Assembly: GCF_009914755.1 (NCBI RefSeq)
Contig: NC_060926.1
Direction: 5' to 3' (one strand)
From: the human T2T-CHM13v2.0 reference genome, Homo sapiens
DNA length: 64,000 nt
Part shown: in pieces, positions 14,766 through 27,724 of the stretch
How the letters are laid out: each line of letters starts with the position of its first letter
Position numbering within the stretch: the first letter of the stretch is position 1
Translations under genes and position numbers: made by a program
The notes under the pieces: model-generated
Databases searched by the model: none
Told to the model about the DNA's origin: nothing
The model's input: the letters and a program-made list of their open reading frames with translations, nothing else

Positions 14766-16813
14766 CTCTTAGATATTTCTTTGTTATTTTACTAGAAACT
14801 TCCTTGGACTTATCTTTGAGGTCAGTTAAAGCAATCTACATATCAAAATGATTTTTTTTTCTAGTAATGTCCAGGTAACAATCCCCAAAGAGACTTGTGT
14901 TGCAAAAATTATAGATAACTCTTCTACATTCTTTCTAAATGCTGAAAGATGTATAAAAATTGCATCTGGTTAAACAACTAGATATTTTTTAAACTACTGG
15001 ATGAACTCAGTCAAATAGTTTGTAATTGGTTAGTAAAGAAATAATGAGTAGTTTAACAAAATAATGGGTAGTTTGCCTAAATATAATCTGGATTTACATA
15101 TTTCATCTCTAAATTTGCTTATTTGTGCTTAAGACTAGAAATTAAGTTTTCAGAGACATGGCTGCCCAGGGAAATTCTGTGTGGGTATTTGTGGTGGGAA
15201 GGGGATAAGTGACAATGCGTAGGGAGATTTCTTCCCTTCTCTCTGCTACTCAAGAAATGTTGCAACAATTTGGTCTTTGTGGAGGTTCACCACTTTGGAT
15301 TTGCTTGACATTTCTGTCCAGTTTCTAAACAACACATTTTAAAATATAAGTGAACAAGTTCTTGTCACCCTGAAGAGGAAGGTGCATTGTTGTCTATGAT
15401 GAAGGGCTTTCCTTTGCTGTAAAAGACAGTATTTGTTTCCTTCCTTTTAATCAACATTTATTTGAATGGTCAGTAGAGAAGATTCTTAACAAAGAACTTT
15501 GGTAATCAGTTGATTCTATTTGAGTCAAGAGATCAATTTTTTTTTTTTTTTTGGTCTGAAAATGCTGGCTAAGAGGATTACACCTTACAAGTAGGAACCA
15601 GTGGTTCTTCTGGTTAAAAAAAAATTATTTACAATGTGGGCCAAGATAAAAATGCTGCTATATAAAAGCATACCTCTCTTTCTAAATTCAGTGGTTGTTC
15701 CCTGCTTAATTTCTTTTTCCCTTTCAAAATCGTCACAGGTATCAGACAGTATTTTGAGCTAATGGCCTGGAAAAATTCATTATAAAATCATTTTGAATTA
15801 GTCAGGGAAAATGCAGAGCCTAACAACTATTGCCTTCTGAATTCCTACAGTTTTGTCCACTGTGGACATTTCTAAAATTTGGAGTATAAATGAAAAGGCT
15901 TTGAACTTGCTTCTGCTTGCCACAGTGGAGATCTGAGCCATTGATTTTGGATCAGTTGGCTTCTCATCTCTGAGGGAGGGAAAAGCAATAATAATTGAAC
16001 ACATTTCTTTTCAATAGTAGTAGTTTGGCTATAAGGATATTTGAGGTGGTAGTTTAAAAATTTTTAATGGTAACATGGGTGCACTAAAGTATCATAGTGG
16101 GAATGCAGGCAGGCACAGAATTTAGTTCTTAGAAGAATGTATTTTTTGGCTCTCATTCTATATCAGGAAATGACTACAGTATATTGCTCTGCAGGTCTTA
16201 TACATTTCAGAAGAGTGGTACCATATTTAGCTTAAAACATTAGCTTTCTTTAGAGTGAGTGTATATACATGTGTGTGTACCTGTGAGCAGACAGTAATGT
16301 TAAAAATAATCCCTGATCTGAGTGCATGTTGGCCATTCAATTTCTGAACATTGGGCAGACTTTACAAATAACGTTGGGGAGCATTCTGATCTGTTTTACC
16401 AAATGAGGAGGAAGTAGCTTACAAATGGCCATCTACAAGTCACCAGCTTATCTATGACATTGGGTTGGGCCTGGCAAGAACTAACAAAGGGAAGCCCAAC
16501 TATTTCATCAGCTGTATAAGAATGTGGGCACATTTTATTCCAGGCTCCTCACAACGAAGATCTGTAGTTGACAGTACAAGATTGGTGCACATGGACTAAC
16601 ATGTTGGGGAGGTTGAGAAAACGATGTTCATAGACAACCTACCTGGATTAGGTATTAGGCACTTATTCTTAGATATATAAATAAATGCAACTGGACTACG
16701 TTTATGAAAACATGTGCCTATTCAGAAGCACCTCGCTCTAAGTGTCACTCTATCGATATATACACTTGCTGAAAGGTTCATGTTTGCATTCATGGAGAAT
16801 CATGTGGAGTAAA

Positions 16814-17135
16814 TGATGTGCTAGAGCTGTCCCCTTTTGGCTCATGGGAGCCCATTGTTAGATTGTGAGAAATTTTACAAGGTGGTTGTTAAACACAGGC
16901 ATTATCAAAAATTAAATTATATAAACTTATAATTAAATTATATTAAAAACAAAGGTAATGAATACCTCAAGCTCATTGCTTCCTAATTAACTTACCACAT
17001 TTTACTACAAGATGATTTTGAGTTTAATTGCAATGACCATGTTTCTATGGTGAAGGCACTATATCATATTGTCTATTGCACATCTCTTCCCAACTCTATG
17101 TTCGGTGACATCTACTTGGTAACTTGAAATCAGGT
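16814..17135. mobile_element. hAT-Blackjack DNA transposon relic (MER63-like)
   Basis: TGATGTGCTAGAGC...GAGCCCATTGTTA...GGTTGTTAAACACAG...AAAATTAAATTATATAAACTTA...TTGGTAACTTGAAATC resemble the recalled MER63. Confidence 0.65.
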
Positions 17136-17499
17136 AGATAGAGACTCAGGATACTTCTTTTTTTTGTTTTTGAGGCTTTTGATATATTAAAAAAAATCTC
17201 AAGAATGCCAAAATTGGTGAAAAATTATGGTATATTTTAAATATACATGGTACAATGTATTGTGATTCTGCTATTCACAAGATAATTTTAAATTTTAGAA
17301 AAAAATGTTAATTCATAGTATATGAAAAGATGTGTCCTAGACTTTAACCAGAGACAAAGGTTAAGCTGTTTACTTTTAATGGTCTTGGTTTCTGTCTGTG
17401 AGGTGTCATCTCATTTAGAGATGAAAACAAAGGTCTAAAATGGAGGCCCTTTGTGAATTCAAGCCTGGGGCCCTTGGTATTTCCAGGCACTGCCGTAAG

Positions 17500-17645
17500 T
17501 GGCCTTGCCTCATAATGTCTGATTTTTCATCTGTAAAGTGACTATAATGATAATAATATTCACTGTATAGTTGCAATGAGTACTCAGGAAGATCACATAA
17601 GGACATTATGACAGGTCAGGTCATTTATAAATGGCAGCTATTTGA
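17500..17645 (+). mobile_element. MIR fragment
   Basis: TTTTTCATCTGTAAAGTG...ATAATAAT core. Confidence 0.55.
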
Positions 17646-17659
17646 AATTATCATCATCA

Positions 17660-17888
17660 TCATCATTGCTTTATTGAGTACTTATTGTGTGTTGAGCCCT
17701 GTTCTAAGAACTTTACAAACATTAGCTCATTTAAACCTTAAACAGCTCCCTAAGCTAGGAAGAGTATAAGCTCCATTTACAGATGAGGACACACAAGTAG
17801 CAGTTTAGTCACTTGCCCAAAGTCATACAGCTAGCCTGTGGTGAGTTGAAATTGGAACCCAGGTCTGACTCCACAGTCCATGCTCTAT
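17660..17888 (-). mobile_element. MIR (near full length)
   Basis: TTTATTGAGTACTTATTGTGTG...CCATTTACAGATGAGGACAC...ACTTGCCCAAAGTCATACAGCTAG...GAACCCAGGTCTGACTCCA. Confidence 0.8.
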
Positions 17889-20535
17889 ATGTCAATACTT
17901 TCTACTTATTGTTTTAGTATCCCTTGCAGGGCATATAGTAGATGTTTAATAAAAACCTTTTTGGTAACACTGTTTATGGTGCTTTTTTTCTAAGATGTTC
18001 AGCCTCACTTCTTAGCTCCAGGTCACCAGAAAATTCCATTTCTGTTGTGAGAGGGTTCAAAGAGAATAACTGCTTACGCAGATGTAAAGCCAGCACTTGA
18101 TAGGAGAATCTTGAGTATTTTGCAATATGTTTACTAAATGAAATGTAAGATAATTAACATACACATTTATGATTTTCTTTCTGAGGACATTTTATTTTCT
18201 GGTCTTCATTTGCTATGCTATTAAGAGAAGTTTTGTTTCAGTGGTTTGTTATCTGCTTTTATGAACTTCTCCCAACGAGACTCTGTAATCCAGCACATGG
18301 ACACTGTTTCCCCTAATAGGATTTACCTTTATGAATATCTGAAAATCCTTCCAGAAGATTAAATTGTTTAGCTCAATATTTAATCTGTTACTTCCTTTCT
18401 AAAGACACCCCATGGACGTTGCCATGCATTTGGCTGATATGAGAGGTATTGATCAGTCATAAACAAACACAAAAAAATTGAGAATGACCAGTGCAACATC
18501 TCCTAGCTCCACCTTATAATTCAATTTTGATTTGAGCTGCTTTTGATTAATCTTCTTATTTGTGAGTGTGTGAATTCAAGAGGCTTGCTAAGTTTCTAAA
18601 GTTGCTGGGCATTGGTCTCTGGCGGATGGCTCAGCTAAAGAACAGTATGATTGCGTTTTTATGGTTTTCAGATATTTAATAGCTTCTTCCTGTCATTTTC
18701 TGAATGACTGAATACAGTTCAGCCCTCTGGGAGCAGTGCAGCATCCGAGAGCGGGAAGATGACTGAGGTCTGTGTACTTGACTGATTGCCTTAGTCTTAA
18801 TTGTTCTCTTAATTAGCTGCAGTAGCAACGGCATCTGGGGAGAGATCACGGTATTGGTAAACAGCTCCACCTTGGAGCTCAGGGTAATGCCTTTTGGAAT
18901 CCTGACAGTGAGCAGCTCATGCGCTCTCTCCTCAGAGATGGGGACCTGCCAAATCACCAGCCCCCAAGGCCGATGAGCCCCCTCTTGCGATCTGTCACTC
19001 TGGCCCCTGAGAAGCAGGTCTCCAACTGTTTGTCCTTAAACAAATGCTGTTTTAATATGCAAAAAGTAGGCTTTATTGGGCTGGATGGATGAACATAAAA
19101 CAAAAGGAAGGGGATAGGATTCACCAAGCAGGGCGTCCAGCTAGAAGGCAGGCTTGGCAGGAGGAGGCCCAGGAGCAGGGCTGCAGCCTGGGAGGGGTGG
19201 CTCCTCCCAAGCCATTCTTGTGTTTCCCATGAAGACATCACGAATGGGCTCAGCTTAGCTTGTCTCTGAGGTGTGGCTTGGCCTCTGAAACCTGGCTTGC
19301 CTATTCTTACTACCTATTTGGGATTTCTCCTCCTTTGTATTTCTCCACCGAGGTGTGGCACGGAGACATGAAACTTCATCCCTAACTGCCAGAAAAGGAA
19401 AAAGGAGAAAGTTCACCTAGTCTGGGGGATTTGGAACCCAAAGAGTGGAAAAACTCAACTTTTTTTTGTGTATATGTAAGTGACAGCGCGTTATTGTCAG
19501 GCTGACCCAACCAGCATATTTTAGAGCTTGTAGAACCCGTTCAGGCTCACATTCATGTACAGAATAGAAAGGAAAACAGGTGCTTAGGTGGCAAATTACA
19601 AGGTCAGTACTTAATAAATGTTTCAAAAAGCTATGCAAAGCAGTAACAAATTGGCATGGAGAAGCAAAATGATCTCAAAAATGACATGAATCAGTTGTCA
19701 ATATTTGCAAGAAAATAAGGAGATCTATTGGAGTAGGACTCAAGGACATGGGAGGAACCTGTGAGGTCTCAGGCAAATCATTTACCTTTTCTATGTAGAA
19801 TTCCCTTTTGATATAAACAGATAGGCCCTACGTGCTCCACACACTTACCACACAGATCAAATATGATCAGAATGAGCTTGCTTTGAAAGGAAAAGGCATT
19901 ATTGAAAACAGGCTTTAGATAATTGTGGTTATATTTTATAGTGGTTATATTTATATGTGGTTATAATTGTAACACTTTCATGATCATAGGTGTATTTTCA
20001 TTGCCTTGAAAATAAAGATGCAGCTCAGACATGGTGGCATTTCACATACATGTGTACATAGTTGTATGGTTGGCCATCTCCTTTTCCATCTCTCGTCCAG
20101 GAAATAACCTTCTTCGTAATTTAACCAGCCTGTTTTTCCCTACAGGGCAAAACCTAAGAAAAGAACAACTGCAGTGTTCTGAGAGTTGCCTCTGAACCCG
20201 AGCTAGTAGAATGTTCACAGAAAAGCAATGTCTGGGAATTTGAATGAGTTAAACTATGAGATCATGTTTTGAAGGCATGTGTCATACTATTTTCAGGACA
20301 GTACTGAAAACCAAAGTGCCAGCTACTTGTGGCTATTAAAATGGCAAGGCTGCCTCTTGTCAAAAATGTATTCAGTAAGTTAACCCTGATATTATGCTAA
20401 TATTGGAACAACTGCATTCTAGTTATCAAAAATACTCCCTCCCCAGAATCTCAGCTATATGATATGTTTTACCTTTGCCTTGCTATGGTGAGCTGCATTT
20501 CGTGACAGCAGAGTGCTAATTATGTTAGCTACCTT

Positions 20536-20980
<445 letters not shown>

Positions 20981-21706
20981 TCTTTCTTTTATGCTTTCCT
21001 TGGACCAAGGGGAAAGTCACATATTTTGGCAATAGGAACATTTGATTAATAGGCACTTGATCATTATTGATATGAATAAAACACCAATACTAATGAAGTC
21101 CATAAGAAGCACCTGTACAATTGTCATTAAGGTTTTTCCTAACAGAGGCATTGTGCAATACCTTCTCATCAAAAATTGCTATTATAGCTCTGTGTTTAGC
21201 ATGTGCCTGAATATCAGTCCTAGGGTGCATTTATTTCCTACCATCAACACAGTGTCCTGTCTCCAATGTGCTACAGAGGGGTGTAGTTTGGCTGTCTTGG
21301 TTTCCATTCCCAATACTTCTTCCCATTGTTCTTCTCTACTCTAGAGGCTACAGAGGTAAATTTTCATCTTTTTTTGCCAATAATGAATGGCCATCCATTT
21401 GCCACAGTTCTAGCAGGGGAAGGAAAGAACCCCGGGCCCAAGAAAGCAGCAAGGGAGGGCAAACAAAACAGTAGCAGGAACCACCTAACTGCACTCCTTG
21501 TTATATGAAATAATAAATTGACATTTGTGGAAGTCAGCTTAGTTGGTTTTTTGTTATCTATAGCTGCAGCATTTCTAATGGAGGAAAGAGGCTCTATGAA
21601 TCTGAAGAATCTATGAAGCACTAAATGTTAAATAAGTGGCCTCAATAGAAATCCTGATTTAATACAAACTCCTTTCTCATCTAGAGAAGCCTTGTTATTG
21701 ATGATG

Positions 21707-21860
21707 AAGGGCTTGGCAAACTGTGGCCCCTAGGCCAATCCAGCCTTCTGCCTGTTTTTGTAAATAAAGTTTTATTGGCACGCAGCCATGCTCATTTGTT
21801 GACATGTAGCTACTTGTGCCCTACAATAGCAGAGTTGAGTAGTTGGGACAGAAGTTGTGA
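21707..21860. mobile_element. hAT-Charlie MITE (MER58A-like), truncated
   Basis: GGCAAACTGTGGCCC...CCTGTTTTTGTAAATAAAGTTTTATTGG..CAGCCATGCTCATTTGTT...GCAGAGTTGAGTAGTTG. Confidence 0.85.
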
Positions 21861-21868
21861 GACACCCT

Positions 21869-21907
21869 ATGACCTATCTAAATGACCTGTCTAAATGACC
21901 TGTCCAA
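21869..21907 (+). repeat. 13-bp tandem repeat x3 (ATGACCTRTCYAA)
   Basis: ATGACCTATCTAA ATGACCTGTCTAA ATGACCTGTCCAA, read directly. Confidence 0.9.
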
Positions 21908-24900
21908 AGACATTTGAACTTTGTGCTTAGTGAGAGCAGTTCCTTCTGGCCTTTAATAAATAGCAAAGCTCTTCAGTAAAACCTTTTAAGGCATACCTTT
22001 GTTGCAGCGAGGAAGCTCTGGCAGGATGTGCATAAAAATTAGACTTTTGGTTTTCACCAGAGACAAGGATGCAACCTGTCTGGAGGGCTTGTGGGTGTGG
22101 GTGTGGGTATGGGAATGTACAGCGTCAGAGCCAGGAGCTGGCAGGCCTGTCCTCAGCCAGCCTTCTCTCCAATATCAGATTCCTACAAAGTGGATTCTAA
22201 TCGGATGCTTGTGTCTCATTCTCCTTTAAGCAGATACCAGCTATACTCACTTGGAAAAATATATCCCAGTGTTAGAAAAATCTGTTCCAAAAACATCCAG
22301 TCTTTCACAGCCCTACAGGGCTGCTTCTGTTTGTGTGTTATCAGAGTACTTGGTTGCCTACCCTTGAGGGCATTTTTTTTTTTTTTTTTTGGCGTTTAAT
22401 GAAGAAAGGGAGAAAATCTCTCAAAACAACTGACAACTCCAAAAATTACGTATTCATGAAAACTGATGAAAATAAAGTCAGCATAGTTCTTACTAGTCTT
22501 CGCATTCTATCACCTTTCTCCACTTCAGGCCTTAGTTCATCATCTATCATTAGTGAAATACTCATTCTCATTTTATTTGTATTTCAGTGCAGGCAGTAAC
22601 CAATGCATTACTCTGTCTCCACTTCCCCAAATATGCATTTATGTTTTTGTTTTGGTAAGAGAAACAAAAAGGGCCAAAGTTGTCATAGGTTTTGATATAA
22701 GTCTACACCTTATTTTGCTTTTTTCTATCTCTTATCTTATAGACGGGGAGGTAGAAATCCAGTAAAAGTAAAAGAGCAGACTAGGAGAAAAGACAGCAAT
22801 AGCAATACAAAGATGAATTTGATCCAGGTAGTGTTGGGAGTTAATCAATTTAGAGTTTCAGTCTATTCATGGTTTTGGTTTTTGCTTTAGAGAAAAATAA
22901 AAATCCTAAGCTCCCACAGAACATCTGGAAAATGAAACTTCTGCCTGTCATAATAAAACTAGCTGGAGATGTAAGCAAGCCTCCACACTCTGGAAAATAC
23001 TTAGCCAAGTGAGACCTTGAGTCATTCCCGGCCTCTGAAATGAAAAGGATCAGATTATGTGAATGTTACCCTGAAGCTTGGAATATAAATTTGGTGGAAC
23101 ATCAGTTTCCTAAATTCAGGAATCTGGATTCAAGTTCCATGTGCGATTCTATGACATCCATTGACATGTTAATATACTGATCCTGAAAACCGATGCCCTG
23201 GGAGATGAACTAGATACTGAATTTGCAACATGCCTCCTATAGAGGAAGAGATTATTTTTATGATGTGCCTAAGACATTACCAGAAACTCAAGTCTGTGAT
23301 GGAGGCAGTGAGATTGGAGGGCCCTGTGAAAGGGCACAAAGAGAAGGAGCTATGGAATCTACTGGGCAGGTATGGATACTGCAAGTGAGCTGAGTTCTCT
23401 GCCTGAAAAGAGGTGCTTTTCCAATCAGAAGTGGAGATATTCTGTCTTGGTGGAGCATTTATACTGCATCATACCCCTGACCCCAACATATGCCTGCCTC
23501 TCCAAGGGCTAGAGGCAGCGGCCCAAGCAATCATCGCTTACAAATGAGAAAAGAGAGACTCAGAGAGGGCAAGAGAGCAGTGAGGGACACCAGAACGAGG
23601 ACTTGAACCTTAGTCTTCTGAGGGCAATCCTTCCTCTCTTTCTGCTATGTAAACTGCCTCTGATGAGGGAGAAATGAACCACTGGTGTAACCTCCCGGAC
23701 CTTAACCTACAAAGAAACCAGATAGGCTTACAGGCAAACACCAGTTGAAGTTCACAAATAGTTTATTAGGTTAACCTTGACCCTCCAGTTTACAAGTTTG
23801 TGAAGCTTGGAACAGGAAGGGTAGGTGAGAGCTCAGGATGTTTAGATCAAAGCATTGCAATTCCTTGGCTCTGCCACAGAATGTCACCTTTACATCATGT
23901 ACTTCTCGGCATGTCAGCATTTCCTAGGAGCAGAAAAAGAAGAGTTTTCTTAAAGGAGCTAGTTTCAAAACAGAATTATCTCAACTGGTGCTTGAATAAA
24001 GCACTTCTCAAGCTATAGAAATCGTTGGCATTGAAAAAATCCCCTTTCTTCTCTTCTGCCATTTTCCCCCTGGTTTATTATTTGCAGTGTTTAAAGGATT
24101 TGTATGCCAACTTTTCTCTATTCCTTCTTTAGTACAAGGTTTTATAAATTACACCTTTCTCCTTTAAAAAGATCTGAACCTTTGTATTTAAATTGTATTT
24201 AACCTACAGCCTAAACGATTCAAGTTTAGAGACTCTTAAGTACTTAATTCTAAGGATCCTATTTCATAGAAGGCTCTTTCAGAAAAGAAAGTATAAACAT
24301 CAGCTATGTGAAGGGTTTAGGTGAAATGAATTTCCACAGACTGAAAATGGAAGACTTACATTGTGGGGAAGAGATGGTTTGTGAGGAGAAGCCAGCTGGA
24401 ACTGGAGAGTAAGAGAGCATGAAAAGGATAGGACAGGAGGGCCCCTGATGGGAAGGATAGGGCAAATATACCGGTTCACCGCAGGGACAGAGGGAACCGT
24501 CAATCACCCAGCCATTCAAACCCCAAGGGTTTTTGAGGTTTGACATAAACAAACACTCCTTTAGTCACCATCTTTCTGGCAACGTGATTGTGCTGCCTTT
24601 TGAAGGAGGACTCAAAGAGTCATCAAGTCATGAGGTTTTATTGACCTCAGAGGCACTGGGAGGGGCTGCTGGAGGCATCTTGGGCCTTTGGCTGCCTGGA
24701 TAAGGTGGCCTAGTCTTTGCTCCTTTTCTTCTATTTTTATTTCACTCTGCGGTGTTGGTTAGGAGGACACAGAACCTAGAGGCAATGTTTGGAAGTGCAG
24801 AGTATGGTGCAGGAGTCATTTCCTGACAAACACTCAAGTTTGTCATTTCTCCATTCTTCCTATTTGAAGCACACCTCACCCAACTGCTGCTCAGATTAAG

Positions 24901-25066
24901 AAGATCCCGCAGCATCCCCATGGCCTTTCATTGCTCCTGGAATTCTTGCTCCTTTTGGGTGTGCTTTGTTCGTTTCATAATTGGACTCTTAATTCAGCAA
25001 TAGCTCTGGCCAATAGCTATTAATTATCACTTTGCTTGGTCTTCCCATGGCAATTATTAATTAAAC

Positions 25067-25097
25067 TTCCTAGAGAGTCATAAAGACTCTCTAGGAA
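25067..25097. repeat. Perfect 13-bp inverted repeat with 5-nt loop
   Basis: TTCCTAGAGAGTC-ATAAA-GACTCTCTAGGAA. Confidence 0.95.
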
Positions 25098-25179
25098 ATT
25101 AAAGACTGTAATAATATTTTAGGAAGCAGTGTCCCATGATGTTGGAGGTCTACATTCTGTTCCAAAGGCAGAGCAGAGT

Positions 25180-25642
25180 TTGTTTGTTTAATTCACAAAC
25201 ATTTACTGAGTCCCCTCTAGGTAGAAGGCCCCATTCCAGGTTCCAGGCATACACTGCAGATGGCTCCTACTCTAGGGAGGAACTGAAGGTCATGGTGTGG
25301 AGTGTTTTTTGATCCAACTCTTAATTCCTATTGATTCTCCTTTCTCAACTTATGCCATTCCATTGAGAATCAGGTCCAACTTTCCCTTCTACTTTTATTA
25401 CCCACTGTTCCCTCCCACAACCTTAAGGAGCACTCAGGTTAATTGCTCCTTTTCTGAGTTCCTATGGTAACTTTGTATAAACCTCTATTATAGAACTAAT
25501 ATTTTTATCATCATTAAAAAAACCTCAGTTGCTTCTCCCACTCTCAGTAAATTTTGCCAGGGTGAAAATTGCGTCCTCTTCAGCTGTGTACTGGATATCA
25601 CCTAGCCTAGGGCTTAGCTGTTGGTGTTTAGTAAATATTGAA
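25180..25642. mobile_element. L2 fragments (a minus-strand 3' end, then a plus-strand 3' end)
   Basis: AATTCACAAACATTTACTGAG... and ...CACCTAGCCTAGGGCTTAGC...TTTAGTAAATATTG. Confidence 0.5.
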
Positions 25643-26429
25643 GTTTTGCAATTTCAACTTAAGATCAGCCTCAGAGTGCGGGCTCAGTTCTAAGAAAAAC
25701 TTTAGAGTGGGAGCGGGGAGAACAAAGAGCAAAGTGGGCAAGGCCACGGAGCTGGCCTTCCATGGAGGTCAAGGTTCTGCTCAATCCAGCCCCTTAAGTA
25801 GCGCTGGCCCACCCCACTGCACGCTACAAGGAGCACAACCATTTCTGCTCAATCCACATGGTGTTTCCAGCTTCAACTTAGACTCTGCCCCTTTCTGTGC
25901 TCCTTGATCTCATCTTCTCTAGATACTTCTAATCCCTTAACTTCAAGCTCCAGCTTCAAGGCTTTCTTTCTCTCTAAATTGCTTGGGCATGATTTTCTGG
26001 CTCTGACCCATAGCACTCCCCCTTGGACCTGATGTGGCACTTTACCCTCTGCTCTGGCATCTCAGGGCCAAGGTCTTGCCTGTCACAAAGCCCCTACTGA
26101 CTCATACCCCAGAGTGGCTGGCTGACCCTGTGATAGGATTTTAGGGAAAAGCCACAATGAGCCAATCAGTACTCCATGTCCAAATTTCCTCCCTTAACAT
26201 ATAGCTTTCACAATAGCTCCCAGAAATATTTTCTGCTTTTATTCAAAATGCAAAGGCCCATGGATGGAGTCATTTAAGTCTCTAGCATGTATAGTATGTG
26301 CAAAAGAATTGGAAAGAAATTTTTTTGGGAGGAAGATAGATCTTGTGGCTGGTGGGATTCAGTTTTGGAGAAAGGCTCTACTGCAGTGCAGATAAAAGCT
26401 GGAAAGACGAGTGCCACCCATACTGCAGA

Positions 26430-26963
26430 AGGGGTAGACTCTGGGGGGTATCTGTTGTTTTTGCCACCCAATATCCATTCACCTTTCTTCTGGTAAAGGT
26501 AATCTGATTCTTCTCTTTGGAACCACTGTTCCAACAACTTCAGCCTATAAAGTTTGAGTGGTGTTGAGTCAACCACTGACTTTGGAAGGGCACATATGAG
26601 TCAGGTTGGCCAGTAATACATCCTATCCCTGGCCACTGAGATGGTTCAGGGAGCGTCAAGCCTAAGACTTTCATTCAAACTTACAAGGAAAATAACTGTC
26701 CCTTTTCTCCTGTGCTTGCAGTTGTGAGAGTTTCAGCCTGGAGAGGACCACCCTGCTGGAAGGGTGTCCTGGGAATGAAGTCCACGTAGGTGAGAACACA
26801 CACCAGGGATATGTAGCTGGATGGACTCAGCAGCCCTTGGGGAATAAAGCCAGGTGTGCTTTCTATATTTCTACTAAGATCATTTTTTCTATTTTTTTTT
26901 CTACTCCAGTTTCAGTTGCTATTTTTTCCGTCATTTTGCAACCAAAGCTGCCCTGACTAACAT
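26430..26963 (+). mobile_element. Old MaLR solo LTR (MLT1K/L-like)
   Basis: CCATTCACCTTTCTTCTGGTAA...CCCTGGCCACTGAGATGGTTCAGGG... terminal TTGCAACCAAAGCTGCCCTGACTAACATA. Confidence 0.65.
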
Positions 26964-26984
26964 AGCACTAGGGGAAGCATCTCT

Positions 26985-27110
26985 GGGTTTGATCGAGGTC
27001 AGAAGGTGTGAGCTTAAACCACACCTGTGTCACTCACCAGCCGTGTACTTAGCTTCCCAGAGTCTTGGTTTCCTTATCTGTAGAACTCAGTGAATAGTGT
27101 CTATACTGCA
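26985..27110 (+). mobile_element. MIR fragment
   Basis: CAGAGTCTTGGTTTCCTTATCTGTAGAA core. Confidence 0.55.
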
Positions 27111-27111
27111 G

Positions 27112-27425
27112 TGTTTTAGTCAACATTCTTGGTAGTAAGCAGCTGAAATGACTCTGGTTAACTTAAGCAGAAAATTGCTTCATTGGAGGCGTATCAGGTA
27201 ATTCACAGAACTGAGGAGAAGGCTGGAACCAGGCTTGCAAAATGGGCAGAGACCAAGAGGAGCTGAGCAGCCAGAACCTCAGCTAAAATGCAGCTAGGAC
27301 CTGCATTTTACCTCTCCATGCACCCCCAAAGATACACATGGCTCATAGGTCATTCCTCTTGGTGTTACTTGCTCCTTATTCAAAGCTTGCCTGGGGCTGC
27401 ATATCCTGTTGGTCAGAAGGTAGAG
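27112..27425 (-). mobile_element. Old MaLR LTR fragment
   Basis: TAGTCAACATTCTTGGTAGTAAGCAGCTGAAATGACTCTGGTTAACTTAAGCAGAAAA resembles the inverted end of old MLT1 LTRs. Confidence 0.45.
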
Positions 27426-27431
27426 AGTTCC

Positions 27432-27724
27432 TTTTTTGTTGTTGTTGAAGCAGAGTCTCACTCTGTTGCCCAGGTTGGAATACCTGGTGCAATCATGGCT
27501 CACTGTAGCCTGTGCTTCCTGGGCATAAGCAATCCTCCCACCTCAGCCTCCCAAGTAGCTGGAATTAGAGGTGCATACCACCATGCCTGGATAATTTTTG
27601 TAGAGATGGGGTTTCACTGTGTTGCCCAGGCTGGTCTTAAACCCCTGGACTCAAGCGACCTGCCAGCCTTGGCCTCCTAAAGTGTTGGGATTACAGGACA
27701 GGAGAGAGCCACTGTGCCCAGCCA
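27432..27724 (-). mobile_element. AluJ
   Basis: Antisense Alu with J features (ATCATGGCTCACTGTAGCC, AAGCAATCCTCCCACCTCAGCC, GTTGCCCAGGCTGGTCT). Confidence 0.88.

Noticed and set aside
15049-15075. Short direct repeat AAATAATGRGTAGTTT x2 (first copy starts a few bases earlier)
   Set aside because: Ordinary local slippage duplication with no further structure.
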